A stretch of 64,000 bases of DNA from a bacterium. GTDB lineage: Bacteria > Actinomycetota > Thermoleophilia > RBG-16-64-13. The notes under the pieces are model-generated. The model was given only the letters and a program-made list of their open reading frames with translations, was not told where the DNA came from and made no database searches. The stretch covers positions 7,075 to 71,074 of the forward strand of contig JAZDLO010000058.1 of assembly GCA_043801935.1 (NCBI GenBank), in the 5' to 3' direction. This document shows positions 27,204 to 36,014 of the stretch, piece after piece; position 1 is the stretch's first letter, and every line of letters starts with the position of its first letter. The translations under genes and the position numbers were made by a program.

Positions 27204-28427
27204 CTAGGCATCAGGCGCACCGATCATGAGGGCCACGTCTGTAGTGGCAAACCCGTGGAGGAACGTATAGACGTCCCGCAGATACTTCTGGATGGGGACA
27301 TCGTCGTCCGCGGTACCCAGGCCCCCGAAGATACCCACTGCGTGGTTGGCCACACTCAGACCCATCTCGTCGACGTACGCTTTGATCAAGATGCCCATCT
27401 TGGGATCATAGTCATACCTGGTCTCCCAGGACCAGGCGGATTTCCAGAGGAGAGCCCTGGCCGCCTCGATCTGCACCTTCATCTGGGCTAGTTTGATGGC
27501 CACATGCTGGTGCTCGATTATCTTCCTGCCACCCTGGATCCGGTTCCTCGAGTAGTTGAGGGCCTCCTCGTAGCAGGCTCGGACCGTTCCCAGGTTCACG
27601 GCGGCGCCGAGGAGCCCGAAGGGCGGGGGCGCCCCGGCCCCGGTCTTGGTCCAGTCCTTCCGTGGGCCCCCTCCGCCTTCACCCTCGGATCCCCAGGCGT
27701 CGCCCTCCTCGCCCACCAGGTAGCGGGCGGGAATACGCGCGTCTTCGAACACCAATTCCGCGTTCGGGAGCAGTCTTCTTCCCAGCTTGTTGTGGAATCT
27801 GCCTATGGAGAACCCGGGTGCGTCGTCAGGCATCAGGAACAGGCTCAGGCTCGTGGATATCGGCCCTTTCTTGTCCGTTCTTGCGTAGAGAAAATACAGC
27901 TTGGCGATCCCGCCGCTGGAGATGAAGTGCTTGGTCCCGTTGATGACGTATTCATCGCCTCTTCGCTCGGCGAAAGTCTGAATCGAAGCCCCGGGCTCGT
28001 CGTAGAGGTAATGGGAGTCGGTGCCCGCATCGGGCTCTGTTCTGGCAAGCGCCATGAGATAGGTGTCGTCCTCGAGGAACTTGGGCAGGAACTCATCCCT
28101 TTGCTCGTCGCTCAGCTCCGCCACGATCCTGGGCGATTCCGTGTAGCAGCCTCGTATGATGCTGGCAAAGCCCTGGTCGGCGGCCCCGAGCTCTTCCAAT
28201 ATGATCGCCAGCGTCAGATAGTCGGCCCCTTCGCCCCCCCATTTCTCAGGGATCGCCGCCGTCCTCAGGCCCAGCTGGGAGGCTTTCTTGATCAGATCCC
28301 AGGGGATGCAGTCTTTCGGGTCGCTCTTGCGATCGAGTTCCAGCGCAGCAGGCTTCACTTCCTCCTGCGCGAACTCGCGAACCATGTCGCGCGTCATTTC
28401 CTGTTCGTCGGTCAATCTGAAGTCCAT
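27204..28427 (-). CDS. Acyl-CoA dehydrogenase
   Basis: 407 aa. N-terminus DFRLTDEQEMTRDMVREFAQEEV, a typical ACAD middle region, and a C-terminal helical domain (ARALLWKSAW..., YTFLHGFATTD). Confidence 0.85.
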   Translation of the reverse strand: MDFRLTDEQEMTRDMVREFAQEEVKPAALELDRKSDPKDCIPWDLIKKASQLGLRTAAIPEKWGGEGADYLTLAIILEELGAADQGFASIIRGCYTESPRIVAELSDEQRDEFLPKFLEDDTYLMALARTEPDAGTDSHYLYDEPGASIQTFAERRGDEYVINGTKHFISSGGIAKLYFLYARTDKKGPISTSLSLFLMPDDAPGFSIGRFHNKLGRRLLPNAELVFEDARIPARYLVGEEGDAWGSEGEGGGGPRKDWTKTGAGAPPPFGLLGAAVNLGTVRACYEEALNYSRNRIQGGRKIIEHQHVAIKLAQMKVQIEAARALLWKSAWSWETRYDYDPKMGILIKAYVDEMGLSVANHAVGIFGGLGTADDDVPIQKYLRDVYTFLHGFATTDVALMIGAPDA

Positions 28428-28547
28428 ACGTGCACCTCCTGCTCACGTTCATTCGCCTGCTGCTTGCGCCAACTCCCACGGTCACAGCGGAAATGCTGGC
28501 TTTTCGGGATATTCTCTCGAGGCTTCCCCCCATCTTGGTCGCGGCTA

Positions 28548-28629
28548 CATGATAATGCGCGCGGAAAGTGGGGGGAGCACTTCGACGTAACTTTTCATGG
28601 CGGGGGCGAAGTATGACGGCGACGTATAG
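28548..28629 (-). promoter_or_regulatory. Conserved 82-nt operator/promoter element, copy a (faces the acyl-CoA dehydrogenase operon)
   Basis: The minus strand reads CTATACGTCGCCGTCATACTTCGCCCCCGCCATGAAAAGTTACGTCGAAGTGCTCCCCCCACTTTCCGCGCGCATTATCATG. It aligns without gaps to copies b and c and ends in a TATCAT -10-like hexamer. Confidence 0.6.
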
Positions 28630-28675
28630 ATAGACGGGATAAGCGAGGCTTGCCAGCGTCGCAGTCCCTGCTGAT

Positions 28676-29575
28676 CTATGATGGACCCGCGTCGCCGCGA
28701 TTGGAAACGCCTGCCCGGACGTGGACCATGAGTGCCCGCGCCGCCGCGGTCAGGGGGCGGTCCCGGGGGTAGACGAGGTTAAGATCTCGGGCCAACGGGC
28801 TCTCGAAGGGGATGGCGATCAGTCCCTCAAGAGTCTCGGGAGCGACCAGCATCTTGGGCATCGGCGCCACGCCCAGACCCCTTCTCACCAGAGCCTTGGT
28901 CAGCTCGGGGTAGTTCGCTCGATAGGAGAACTTGGGCTCGAAGCCAGCCCGGCGCAAGGCATCTGCCACTATGTTGCCGGCGTTCATGGTCGCCCGGGGA
29001 AGCAGTATCGACTCGCGCGCGAGCATGCTCAAAGCGACCGCCGAGTGGTTCGCAAGCCTATGTCCATGAGGGACCACCAGCAGGATCTCCTCTGTGAGCA
29101 GATACTGAGTCGCGGCTCGAGTAGACCCCCACGGCGTCATGACGGCGCAATCGAGCTCTCCGCTGATGACCGCTTCCTCGAGCTGCGCGTCGTCCTTCTC
29201 GATGAGATCGACGCTCACTTTCGGATAAGCCTCGAGAAAAGAGACGAGAATGGGAGTCAGGAGGAGGGCAAAGACGTTTCCGACGGCACCGAACCGCACC
29301 GTGCTCGGACCGGCCCCTGCCTGCTCGCGCAGAAGACTGACCGCCTCATCGGCGCGGGTGACGATCGCCTGAGCCAGGGGAAGTAGCAGCTGCCCGCTGA
29401 CGGTGCATTCGACATGTCTTCCGTATCGCTCAAACAGCTGAGTCCCAAACTCGCTCTCCAAACGGGCGATCTGACGGCTGAGCGTGGGCTGCGTGGAATG
29501 CATGGCCCGCGCGGCTCGGCTGAAGCTGCGAGCCTCCGCTACAGCCAGGAATGATTTGAGGAGATCCAGTTCCAT
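28676..29575 (-). CDS. LysR-family transcriptional regulator
   Basis: The wHTH region reads LDLLKSFLAVAEARSFSRAARAMHSTQPTLSRQIARLESEFGTQLFER. 299 aa. There is no SD, and the ATG abuts element copy b. Confidence 0.9.
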   Translation of the reverse strand: MELDLLKSFLAVAEARSFSRAARAMHSTQPTLSRQIARLESEFGTQLFERYGRHVECTVSGQLLLPLAQAIVTRADEAVSLLREQAGAGPSTVRFGAVGNVFALLLTPILVSFLEAYPKVSVDLIEKDDAQLEEAVISGELDCAVMTPWGSTRAATQYLLTEEILLVVPHGHRLANHSAVALSMLARESILLPRATMNAGNIVADALRRAGFEPKFSYRANYPELTKALVRRGLGVAPMPKMLVAPETLEGLIAIPFESPLARDLNLVYPRDRPLTAAARALMVHVRAGVSNRGDAGPS

Positions 29576-29657
29576 CTATACATCATCGTAATACTTTGCG
29601 CCGGCCATGAAAAGTTGCGTCGAAGTGCTTCCCCAGTTGCTGAGTCGGACTATGATG
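29576..29657 (+). promoter_or_regulatory. Conserved 82-nt operator/promoter element, copy b (lysR/etfB divergent region)
   Basis: CTATACATCATCGTAATACTTTGCGCCGGCCATGAAAAGTTGCGTCGAAGTGCTTCCCCAGTTGCTGAGTCGGACTATGATG. It contains the dyad ACTTT-N13-AAAGT (29593-29615) and a TATGAT hexamer (29651-29656) about 70 nt upstream of the etfB GTG. Confidence 0.6.
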
Positions 29658-29723
29658 TAGCAGCCGGCCCAGCCTAAGGGTGCGGCGCGGTCGAAGGTCG
29701 CCTTGCGAAGGAAGGGAAGACCA

Positions 29724-30500
29724 GTGAACATCGCGGTTTGTGTGAAGCAGGTGGTCGACACAGAGGCGGAGAAGAGGCTCGACCCCGGCTCTTGGCGTCT
29801 GGACCGTAGCGTGGACAACATCCTCAATCCGTACGACGAATACGCGGTGGAGGAAGCGCTGCGATTGCGTGAGTCTCAGGGTGGCGAGGTCATAGTGCTG
29901 TGTATGGGCCCCGAGACGGCAGCGGACGCCGTGCGCAAGGCGCTGGCCATGGGGGCAGACCGTGCGCTGATGGTCAGCGATCCCGTTCTGGCCGGTTCCG
30001 ACTCGCAAGGGACGGCATACGTCCTTGCGGAAGCACTGAAAAGTCTCGAACACGACCTCGTGCTCTTCGGGATCCGGTCCACTGATGCGGAGACCGGCTG
30101 CGTGCCGGCTGCCGTGGCCGAGCGACTCGGTCTGCCTTTGCTCTCTTCCCTCTCGAAAGTCGAAGTACAGGGCTCCGCCCTTGTGGTCCACCGGGAGACA
30201 GAGCAGGGCTATGTCGCCTACGAATGCCCCCTGCCGGCCGTTCTCTCCGTCGTCAAGGGCATCAACGAGCCCCGATACCCATCGATGAAGGGCATCATGG
30301 GTGCAAAGAAGAAGCCGCTGGAGTCAAGAGACGCGGCCGCCCTGGATCTCGACGCGAGCCAGATCGGCGTTTCCGGCGCCAAGACCCGCGTGCTGTCCGC
30401 TCGTTTTCCCGAGCCCCGCAAAGCGGGGGTCAAGATCGAAGACGACGGTGAGGGTGCTCAGCGGATCGCCGATTTCTTGGCGGCCGAAAAGCTCGTCTAG
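29724..30500 (+). CDS. etfB: Electron transfer flavoprotein, beta subunit
   Basis: GTG 29724 follows GGAAGGGAAG. Motifs: NIAVCVKQVVDTE...RLD, LNPYDEYAVEEALRL, PRYPSMKGIMGAKKKP. Confidence 0.9.
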   Translation: MNIAVCVKQVVDTEAEKRLDPGSWRLDRSVDNILNPYDEYAVEEALRLRESQGGEVIVLCMGPETAADAVRKALAMGADRALMVSDPVLAGSDSQGTAYVLAEALKSLEHDLVLFGIRSTDAETGCVPAAVAERLGLPLLSSLSKVEVQGSALVVHRETEQGYVAYECPLPAVLSVVKGINEPRYPSMKGIMGAKKKPLESRDAAALDLDASQIGVSGAKTRVLSARFPEPRKAGVKIEDDGEGAQRIADFLAAEKLV

Positions 30501-30570
30501 CGGCGCCTCAGCGCTGGTGGTATCTGCTTTCGTGGCCGACTGAAGACCGAAGGGTAGGGGAGATAGATCA

Positions 30571-31560
30571 GTGAATGACAAGAGTGGCATCCTTGTTGTA
30601 GCCGAGTCCAAGGATGGGAAACTTGCCAACGTCTCCTTGGAGAGCATCACGCGGGCTCGCGCGCTTGCCGCCGCGATCGGCGGACCCGTGAGTGTGGTCG
30701 CAATGGCCGCGGAGGCCGGGCCTTTGGCGGCGCAGGCCGCCCGCTACGGCGCCGAACGAGTCTACGTGGTCGAGAGCTCCGACCTCGCCGTGTTTCGACC
30801 GGGTCCGTTCGTCGACGCGGCGTCGGCCGGGATCGAGGCTGCCGGCCCGGCGTTGGTCGTCTTCGCGGGCTCGCCCGACGGCCGAGACGTCGCGGCCGGT
30901 TGCGCCACCCGGTTTGGCGTAGGTCTCCTCGCGGACATCACAGGTCTGGAGGCCCAAGACGGCCGCCTCATCGCCACCCATCCCTGCTTCGGGGGCAGCG
31001 TGATCGTGGAGAAGGAGGCGACCACCAGCCCGGCGATGGCTACGGTGCGGCCGAACGTCTTTGCCCGTGAGGAAGCGCCTGGTGACGCGGAGGTCATACC
31101 GCTCCCGGTGGAATTCAACCCGGGCGGCCTTCTGATCAAGGTGCTCGACGTCGTCTGCGAGATGGCGGGCATCGTCAGTCTCGAGGAAGCATCGGTCATA
31201 GTCGCCGGCGGTCGTGGCCTTGGCAAGGCCGAGGGCTTCGGCATCATCCATGCGCTGGCTGAGGAGCTCGGCGCTGCCGTGGGCGCCAGCCGGGCCGCGG
31301 TGGACGCTGGTTGGAAGCCCCACCAATACCAGGTGGGTCAGACCGGAAAGACCGTCTCGCCCAAGCTCTATATCGCCTGTGGCATCTCTGGCTCGATCCA
31401 GCACCGCGCTGGGATGCAAACCGCCGACTACATCGTGGCGATCAACAAGGACGCGGACGCACCCATCTTCTCTTTTGCGGACTTCGGCGTGGTGGGGGAT
31501 CTCTTCAGCGTGGTGCCCGCTCTGACGGAGGAGATCCACCGACGTAAGACCGCGTCCTAG
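30571..31560 (+). CDS. etfA: Electron transfer flavoprotein, alpha subunit
   Basis: The FAD-binding C-terminus reads VAGGRGLG...GASRAAVDAGW...QVGQTGKTVSPKLYIACGISGSIQHRAGM. Confidence 0.9.
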   Translation: MNDKSGILVVAESKDGKLANVSLESITRARALAAAIGGPVSVVAMAAEAGPLAAQAARYGAERVYVVESSDLAVFRPGPFVDAASAGIEAAGPALVVFAGSPDGRDVAAGCATRFGVGLLADITGLEAQDGRLIATHPCFGGSVIVEKEATTSPAMATVRPNVFAREEAPGDAEVIPLPVEFNPGGLLIKVLDVVCEMAGIVSLEEASVIVAGGRGLGKAEGFGIIHALAEELGAAVGASRAAVDAGWKPHQYQVGQTGKTVSPKLYIACGISGSIQHRAGMQTADYIVAINKDADAPIFSFADFGVVGDLFSVVPALTEEIHRRKTAS

Positions 31561-31570
31561 GACCGACGCC

Positions 31571-33643
31571 GTGGAGACCCGGGAACTTCTGTGGAACATC
31601 CCCTTGTGGGCGGAAGTGGTCATGTACGCCGGGGCGGCGATCACCATCCTGCTGCTCATCGCATACGCCGTTCGCCGAGTGATGGTGTACCGGCGGGGAC
31701 GCGCGGCGTCCACCCGGCACGCCGATCACCTGCCGGGCCGAGTATGGGATCTCGTCCTCAACGGTCTTCTGCAGAGGGCGATCGTCGACAATCGCTACGC
31801 GGGGATCATGCACCTCTCGATCTTCTGGGGATTCACGGTCTTGCTGATCGGCACCATCATCCTGATCTTCGTCATCGACTTCGGCCTGCACTTCTTCACC
31901 GGCCGTTTCTATCTCGGGTTCAGTTTCATCATGGAGCTGGGAGGGCTGGCCCTTCTCCTTGGCGTGGTGCTGGCGGTTTTGCGACGGTACGTGAGAAGGC
32001 CGGCCCAGCTCGAGCGTCGCTGGTACGACCACTACCCTTTGATCACGCTGTTCGTGCTCGGGATCACCGGTTTTCTGATGGAGGGGGCCCGCATCTATGC
32101 GGCCGGGCTCCCCGACTACGAGCAGGTAGCGAGTTTCGTGGGCTACGGCCTGGCCAGGGGATATGCCGACATCGGCAGCGCCGAGGGCTTCACCACGTTC
32201 TACCGGTACATGTGGATCTTCCACATGTTGCTCACGCTGGGCTTCATCGGGCTTCTCGGCTTCACCAAGTTCCTACACGTCTTCACCGCCCCGGCCAATG
32301 TCTTTCTGCGGGACCGGCGGTCCAAGGGCGCTATGCCCTTCGTTCCCGATGTGGAGGAGACCGACGAGCTGGGCGTGGGTACCATCACGGCCTACTCCTG
32401 GCCCGACCTCAAGGATCTCGACGCCTGCACGCGCTGTGGACGGTGCGAGGAAGTCTGCCCGGCCACCGCCTCCGGCAAGCCTTTGAACCCCAAGACCATC
32501 GTCCTCAAGAGCCGCCAGATCCTGCAGCAAAGAGAGGCCGAAGCGATGCGCACCTGGCTCCGGCGGGGCTCCGGCTCGTCCCCGGACATCCCCGATCTCT
32601 TCGACGTCATCGAGGACGACGAGGTGTGGAGCTGCACCACCTGCAGAAGTTGCGTGGAGCACTGCCCGGTGGCGATCGACCAGCTGAGCAAGGTGCTCGA
32701 GCTGCGTCGCTACCTGACCAACGAAGGGCGCCTCGCCGGGAGTGCGGCCAAGGCCCTGGAGTCCATGGGCATGCGGGGGAACCCCTGGCAGCTCAAGCAG
32801 AGCGATCGCATGGCCTGGGCCGAGGGGCTGGACGTAGAGGTGCCGGTGCTGGCCGAGATCCAGGACTCCGACCGGCCGTCCGACAGCGCCGAACCGGAAC
32901 CCGTCGACTACCTCTTCTTCGTCGGCTGCGCCGGCAGCTACGACCCCCGCGCGCAGAAGGTGACGCAGGCACTCGTGCGCCTGCTTACGCGGGCCGGGGT
33001 GTCTTTCGCCGTATTGGGAGAGGAAGAGACCTGCAGCTGCGAAGCCGGTCGCCGCATGGGGGAGGAGATGCTCTTCCAGGTGGGCGCTGAGACTCTGAAG
33101 GAGACCATAGACCAGTACCGCTTCCGTGCGATCCTCACCCAGTGCCCGCACTGCTACAACACCTTCCGCAACGAGTATCCGCAGATCGGCGCCGATTGGA
33201 AAGTGGTGCATCATTCCGAGCTGCTGCAGGAGCTGGTCTCCAGTGGGCGGCTGCCGGCCACGCCCTCCTCGGGTCTGCAGGTGACCTATCAATATTCATG
33301 CTATCTGGGGCGCTACAACGATATCTATCAGGCGCCACGAGAGGTGCTGGGTGCGGCGGGGCTCTCCCTGAAAGAGCCTCGGCGCCACGGCCGTGAAGGG
33401 TTTTGCTGCGGTGGAGGCGGAGGACGGATGTGGAGCGAGATCAAGATCGGAGAGCCCATCGAGTTCCTGCGCACTCGGGAACTTCTCGAGACCGGAGCTC
33501 CCGTGATCGCCACCGCCTGTCCTTTCTGCAAGATAATGCTCGATGACGGGGTGAAACACGAGGGCTTCGAGGAGCGGCTAAGCGTCCGAGATATCGCGGA
33601 AATACTCGACGAGGCGTGCACTTACGGATACAGCGAGGAGTGA
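31571..33643 (+). CDS. Membrane-anchored FeS oxidoreductase (NarI/DsrM-like TM domain fused to HdrD/GlpC-like 2x[4Fe-4S] and CCG domains); candidate ETF:quinone oxidoreductase
   Basis: The N-terminal ~250 aa hold about 5-6 hydrophobic helices. Then CTRCGRCEEVCP and CTTCRSCVEHCP, followed by FFVGCAGSYDPR and FCCGGGGG CCG motifs. Its position right after etfBA matches the syntroph-type EtfAB-associated oxidoreductases. Confidence 0.8.
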   Translation: METRELLWNIPLWAEVVMYAGAAITILLLIAYAVRRVMVYRRGRAASTRHADHLPGRVWDLVLNGLLQRAIVDNRYAGIMHLSIFWGFTVLLIGTIILIFVIDFGLHFFTGRFYLGFSFIMELGGLALLLGVVLAVLRRYVRRPAQLERRWYDHYPLITLFVLGITGFLMEGARIYAAGLPDYEQVASFVGYGLARGYADIGSAEGFTTFYRYMWIFHMLLTLGFIGLLGFTKFLHVFTAPANVFLRDRRSKGAMPFVPDVEETDELGVGTITAYSWPDLKDLDACTRCGRCEEVCPATASGKPLNPKTIVLKSRQILQQREAEAMRTWLRRGSGSSPDIPDLFDVIEDDEVWSCTTCRSCVEHCPVAIDQLSKVLELRRYLTNEGRLAGSAAKALESMGMRGNPWQLKQSDRMAWAEGLDVEVPVLAEIQDSDRPSDSAEPEPVDYLFFVGCAGSYDPRAQKVTQALVRLLTRAGVSFAVLGEEETCSCEAGRRMGEEMLFQVGAETLKETIDQYRFRAILTQCPHCYNTFRNEYPQIGADWKVVHHSELLQELVSSGRLPATPSSGLQVTYQYSCYLGRYNDIYQAPREVLGAAGLSLKEPRRHGREGFCCGGGGGRMWSEIKIGEPIEFLRTRELLETGAPVIATACPFCKIMLDDGVKHEGFEERLSVRDIAEILDEACTYGYSEE

Positions 33644-33647
33644 ACGT

Positions 33648-35501
33648 ATGGCTCGCGGTTACATGGGAAAGATACTGTGGGCGGATCTCTCCAAGCAACA
33701 ACTCTGGGATGAGGTCCTCGACGAAGAACTGGGCCGTCGGTATCTTGGGGGTTACGGTTTGGGCGCCAAGATACTTTTCGACCGGCAGCCCGCCGGTGTC
33801 GACCCGCTGGGCCCGGAGAACATACTCGGCTTCCTTACCGGTCCCTTTACGGGAACCGGCGCGCTCGGCGGGTCAAGGTTCGCGGTCGTGGGGAAATCTC
33901 CCCTGACCGGTACGTGGGGCGATGCCAATTCGGGGGGGAATTTCGGTCCCTACTTGAGATTTGCCGGCTATGACGCGGTGTTCTTCACCGGGGTGTCTTC
34001 GAAGCCGGTGTACCTGTTGGTCGCCGATGGTGTGGCTGAGATCAGAGACGCCGCCCATTTGTGGGGGAAGGACACTCACGATACTGAAGACATACTCAGG
34101 GACGAACTCGGCAAGGATGTCGAGGTCGCTTCCATCGGCCCCTCAGGCGAGAAGCTTTCCCTTATCTCAGGGGTCATGACCGACAAAGGCAGGGCCGCTG
34201 CGCGCTCGGGACTCGGAGCTGTGATGGGCTCCAAAATGCTGAAGGCGATCGTGGCAAAGGGTAGGGCGCAGGTCCCGGTCTTCGACGCCGACAGGGTCGC
34301 CACCCTGCGGCAGACGTACGCGAGAAAGCTCGCCGGGCTGGTCGATGAGTTCAGGAACTTCGGTACCGCCTCCGTCATCGTGCCATTTGCCAAGATAGGA
34401 GATGCGCCGGTAAAGAACTGGTCCGGGGTCTGCGAGATCGACTTTCCCGGGATCGAGAAGATCGGCGTCGACCCGGTAATGGAGAGGGTGCAGAGGAAAT
34501 ACGCCTGCCACCGTTGTGTCATCGCCTGCGGCGGTCTCATGAAGGAAAGCGCCGGAGAGTACGGATACCCCTACGGCGTCCACAAGCCCGAATATGAGAC
34601 CGTCAGCATGTTCGGCACCAATTGCCTGAATGACAACCTCGAGTCGATCATCAAGGCAAACGACGTGTGTAACCGTCTCGGGGTGGACACGATATCGGCC
34701 GGCGCATGTATCGCCTTTGCCATCGAATGCTACGAAAACGGGGTCATCACCAAAGAAGACACCGACGGCATCGAAATGACCTGGGGGAACCATCGATCGA
34801 TCGTCTCCATGCTCGAGAACCTGTGCGAGAGAAAAGGATTTGGCGACGTTCTCGCTGATGGAGTCAAGATCGCCGCGGAAAGGATCGGCGGAGGCGCCGA
34901 TCAATATGCCATACATATCAACGGACAGGAGCTCCCGGCCCATAATCCCAAATTCGAGTATGGGTTCGCGTCCTGCTACAGGATGGACGCTACTCCCGCT
35001 CGGCATATGCGCTGGCACGGCGGGTTCGTGCCGCCAGGGGTTCCCGTGCCCAAGTACGAGCCCGGGGCATGGAGCGGCAGAGGCGAGGCCCAGAAGATCA
35101 ATGTCATCTTCAATCACGCCCTCGAGAGTCTTGGTGCCTGCGTATTCGTCATCGCCACCTATCCCCACGTCGATGTCCTGATCGAGTTCCTCACTGCCAT
35201 CACCGGCTGGGATACGACCCTGGACGAAGTACTGGCGACCGGCGAGAGGATCGCCAATCTGCGTCAAGCATTCAACACACGCGAGGGGCTGAATCCGCTG
35301 GACTACGTCGTCTCCGGAAGGCTGGTGGGAGAACCACCTTTGGAGGCCGGTCCGCTTGCCGGGGTGACCATCGATCAGGACGCGATAAACCGCGAGTTCC
35401 TGGAGGCCATGGATTGGGACCTCACGACGACTAAGCCCAGCAAGAAGAAACTGCGGGACCTGGGTCTGGACGACGTGGCGAAGTCACTCTGGCCATCGTG
35501 A
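33648..35501 (+). CDS. Aldehyde:ferredoxin oxidoreductase (tungstopterin AOR family)
   Basis: N-terminus GYMGKILWADLSKQQLWDEVLDEELGRRYLGGYGLGAKILFD. Further motifs: GTWGDANSGG, and the FeS region KYACHRCVIACGG. 617 aa; GAGGAG SD. Confidence 0.9.
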   Translation: MARGYMGKILWADLSKQQLWDEVLDEELGRRYLGGYGLGAKILFDRQPAGVDPLGPENILGFLTGPFTGTGALGGSRFAVVGKSPLTGTWGDANSGGNFGPYLRFAGYDAVFFTGVSSKPVYLLVADGVAEIRDAAHLWGKDTHDTEDILRDELGKDVEVASIGPSGEKLSLISGVMTDKGRAAARSGLGAVMGSKMLKAIVAKGRAQVPVFDADRVATLRQTYARKLAGLVDEFRNFGTASVIVPFAKIGDAPVKNWSGVCEIDFPGIEKIGVDPVMERVQRKYACHRCVIACGGLMKESAGEYGYPYGVHKPEYETVSMFGTNCLNDNLESIIKANDVCNRLGVDTISAGACIAFAIECYENGVITKEDTDGIEMTWGNHRSIVSMLENLCERKGFGDVLADGVKIAAERIGGGADQYAIHINGQELPAHNPKFEYGFASCYRMDATPARHMRWHGGFVPPGVPVPKYEPGAWSGRGEAQKINVIFNHALESLGACVFVIATYPHVDVLIEFLTAITGWDTTLDEVLATGERIANLRQAFNTREGLNPLDYVVSGRLVGEPPLEAGPLAGVTIDQDAINREFLEAMDWDLTTTKPSKKKLRDLGLDDVAKSLWPS

Positions 35502-35776
35502 AATACAACGTAGAGTTCTTCGGAATGACCAATGACGCAGCCGGCGTTCGTACTGTCGAGCTGGAACTGGACGATGGGGCAAGCCTCAAGGATCTTGTAG
35601 GCGCCCTTAGACGTAAAATGCCGGCTTTAGAGGGAAGCGTCATCCGTCCCGGAGAGGATAGATTGACGGCCCATTACGCCTTCAATGTGAACGGCCGTTT
35701 CTATGTCGATGATTACGACGTCGTGGTCGAAGGCGATGATCACATTCTGCTGCTGACTTTTGCCCTAGGCGGGTGA
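35498..35776 (+). CDS. MoaD/ThiS-family beta-grasp protein (C-terminal Gly-Gly)
   Basis: 92 aa ending ...LLTFALGG. GTGA overlap with the AOR stop. AOR-linked MoaD-like genes are known from other AOR operons. Confidence 0.75.
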   Translation: MKYNVEFFGMTNDAAGVRTVELELDDGASLKDLVGALRRKMPALEGSVIRPGEDRLTAHYAFNVNGRFYVDDYDVVVEGDDHILLLTFALGG

Positions 35777-35829
35777 GCGGAGGCCCGGGTGACGGGGCCG
35801 GCCCAGACGATCGGCGGCACCAGAGCCGT

Positions 35830-35911
35830 CTATACGTCATCGTAATACTTTGCCGCACCCATGAAAAGTTCTGACGAACTGCGTCCCCCGCTGCCGGCCC
35901 GGACTATCATG
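35830..35911 (+). promoter_or_regulatory. Conserved 82-nt operator/promoter element, copy c (upstream of the CMD-family gene)
   Basis: CTATACGTCATCGTAATACTTTGCCGCACCCATGAAAAGTTCTGACGAACTGCGTCCCCCGCTGCCGGCCCGGACTATCATG. By hand alignment 65 of 82 positions match copy b, with no indels. Confidence 0.6.
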
Positions 35912-36014
35912 GGGCCGGTACGAATACCGGGCGCTGACCGTCGGGAAACATTCCACATGGCTTGTGCCTACCGCTTGATCAGTCGGTCGAGGCGCACTAC
36001 ACAAGGAGCGAACG

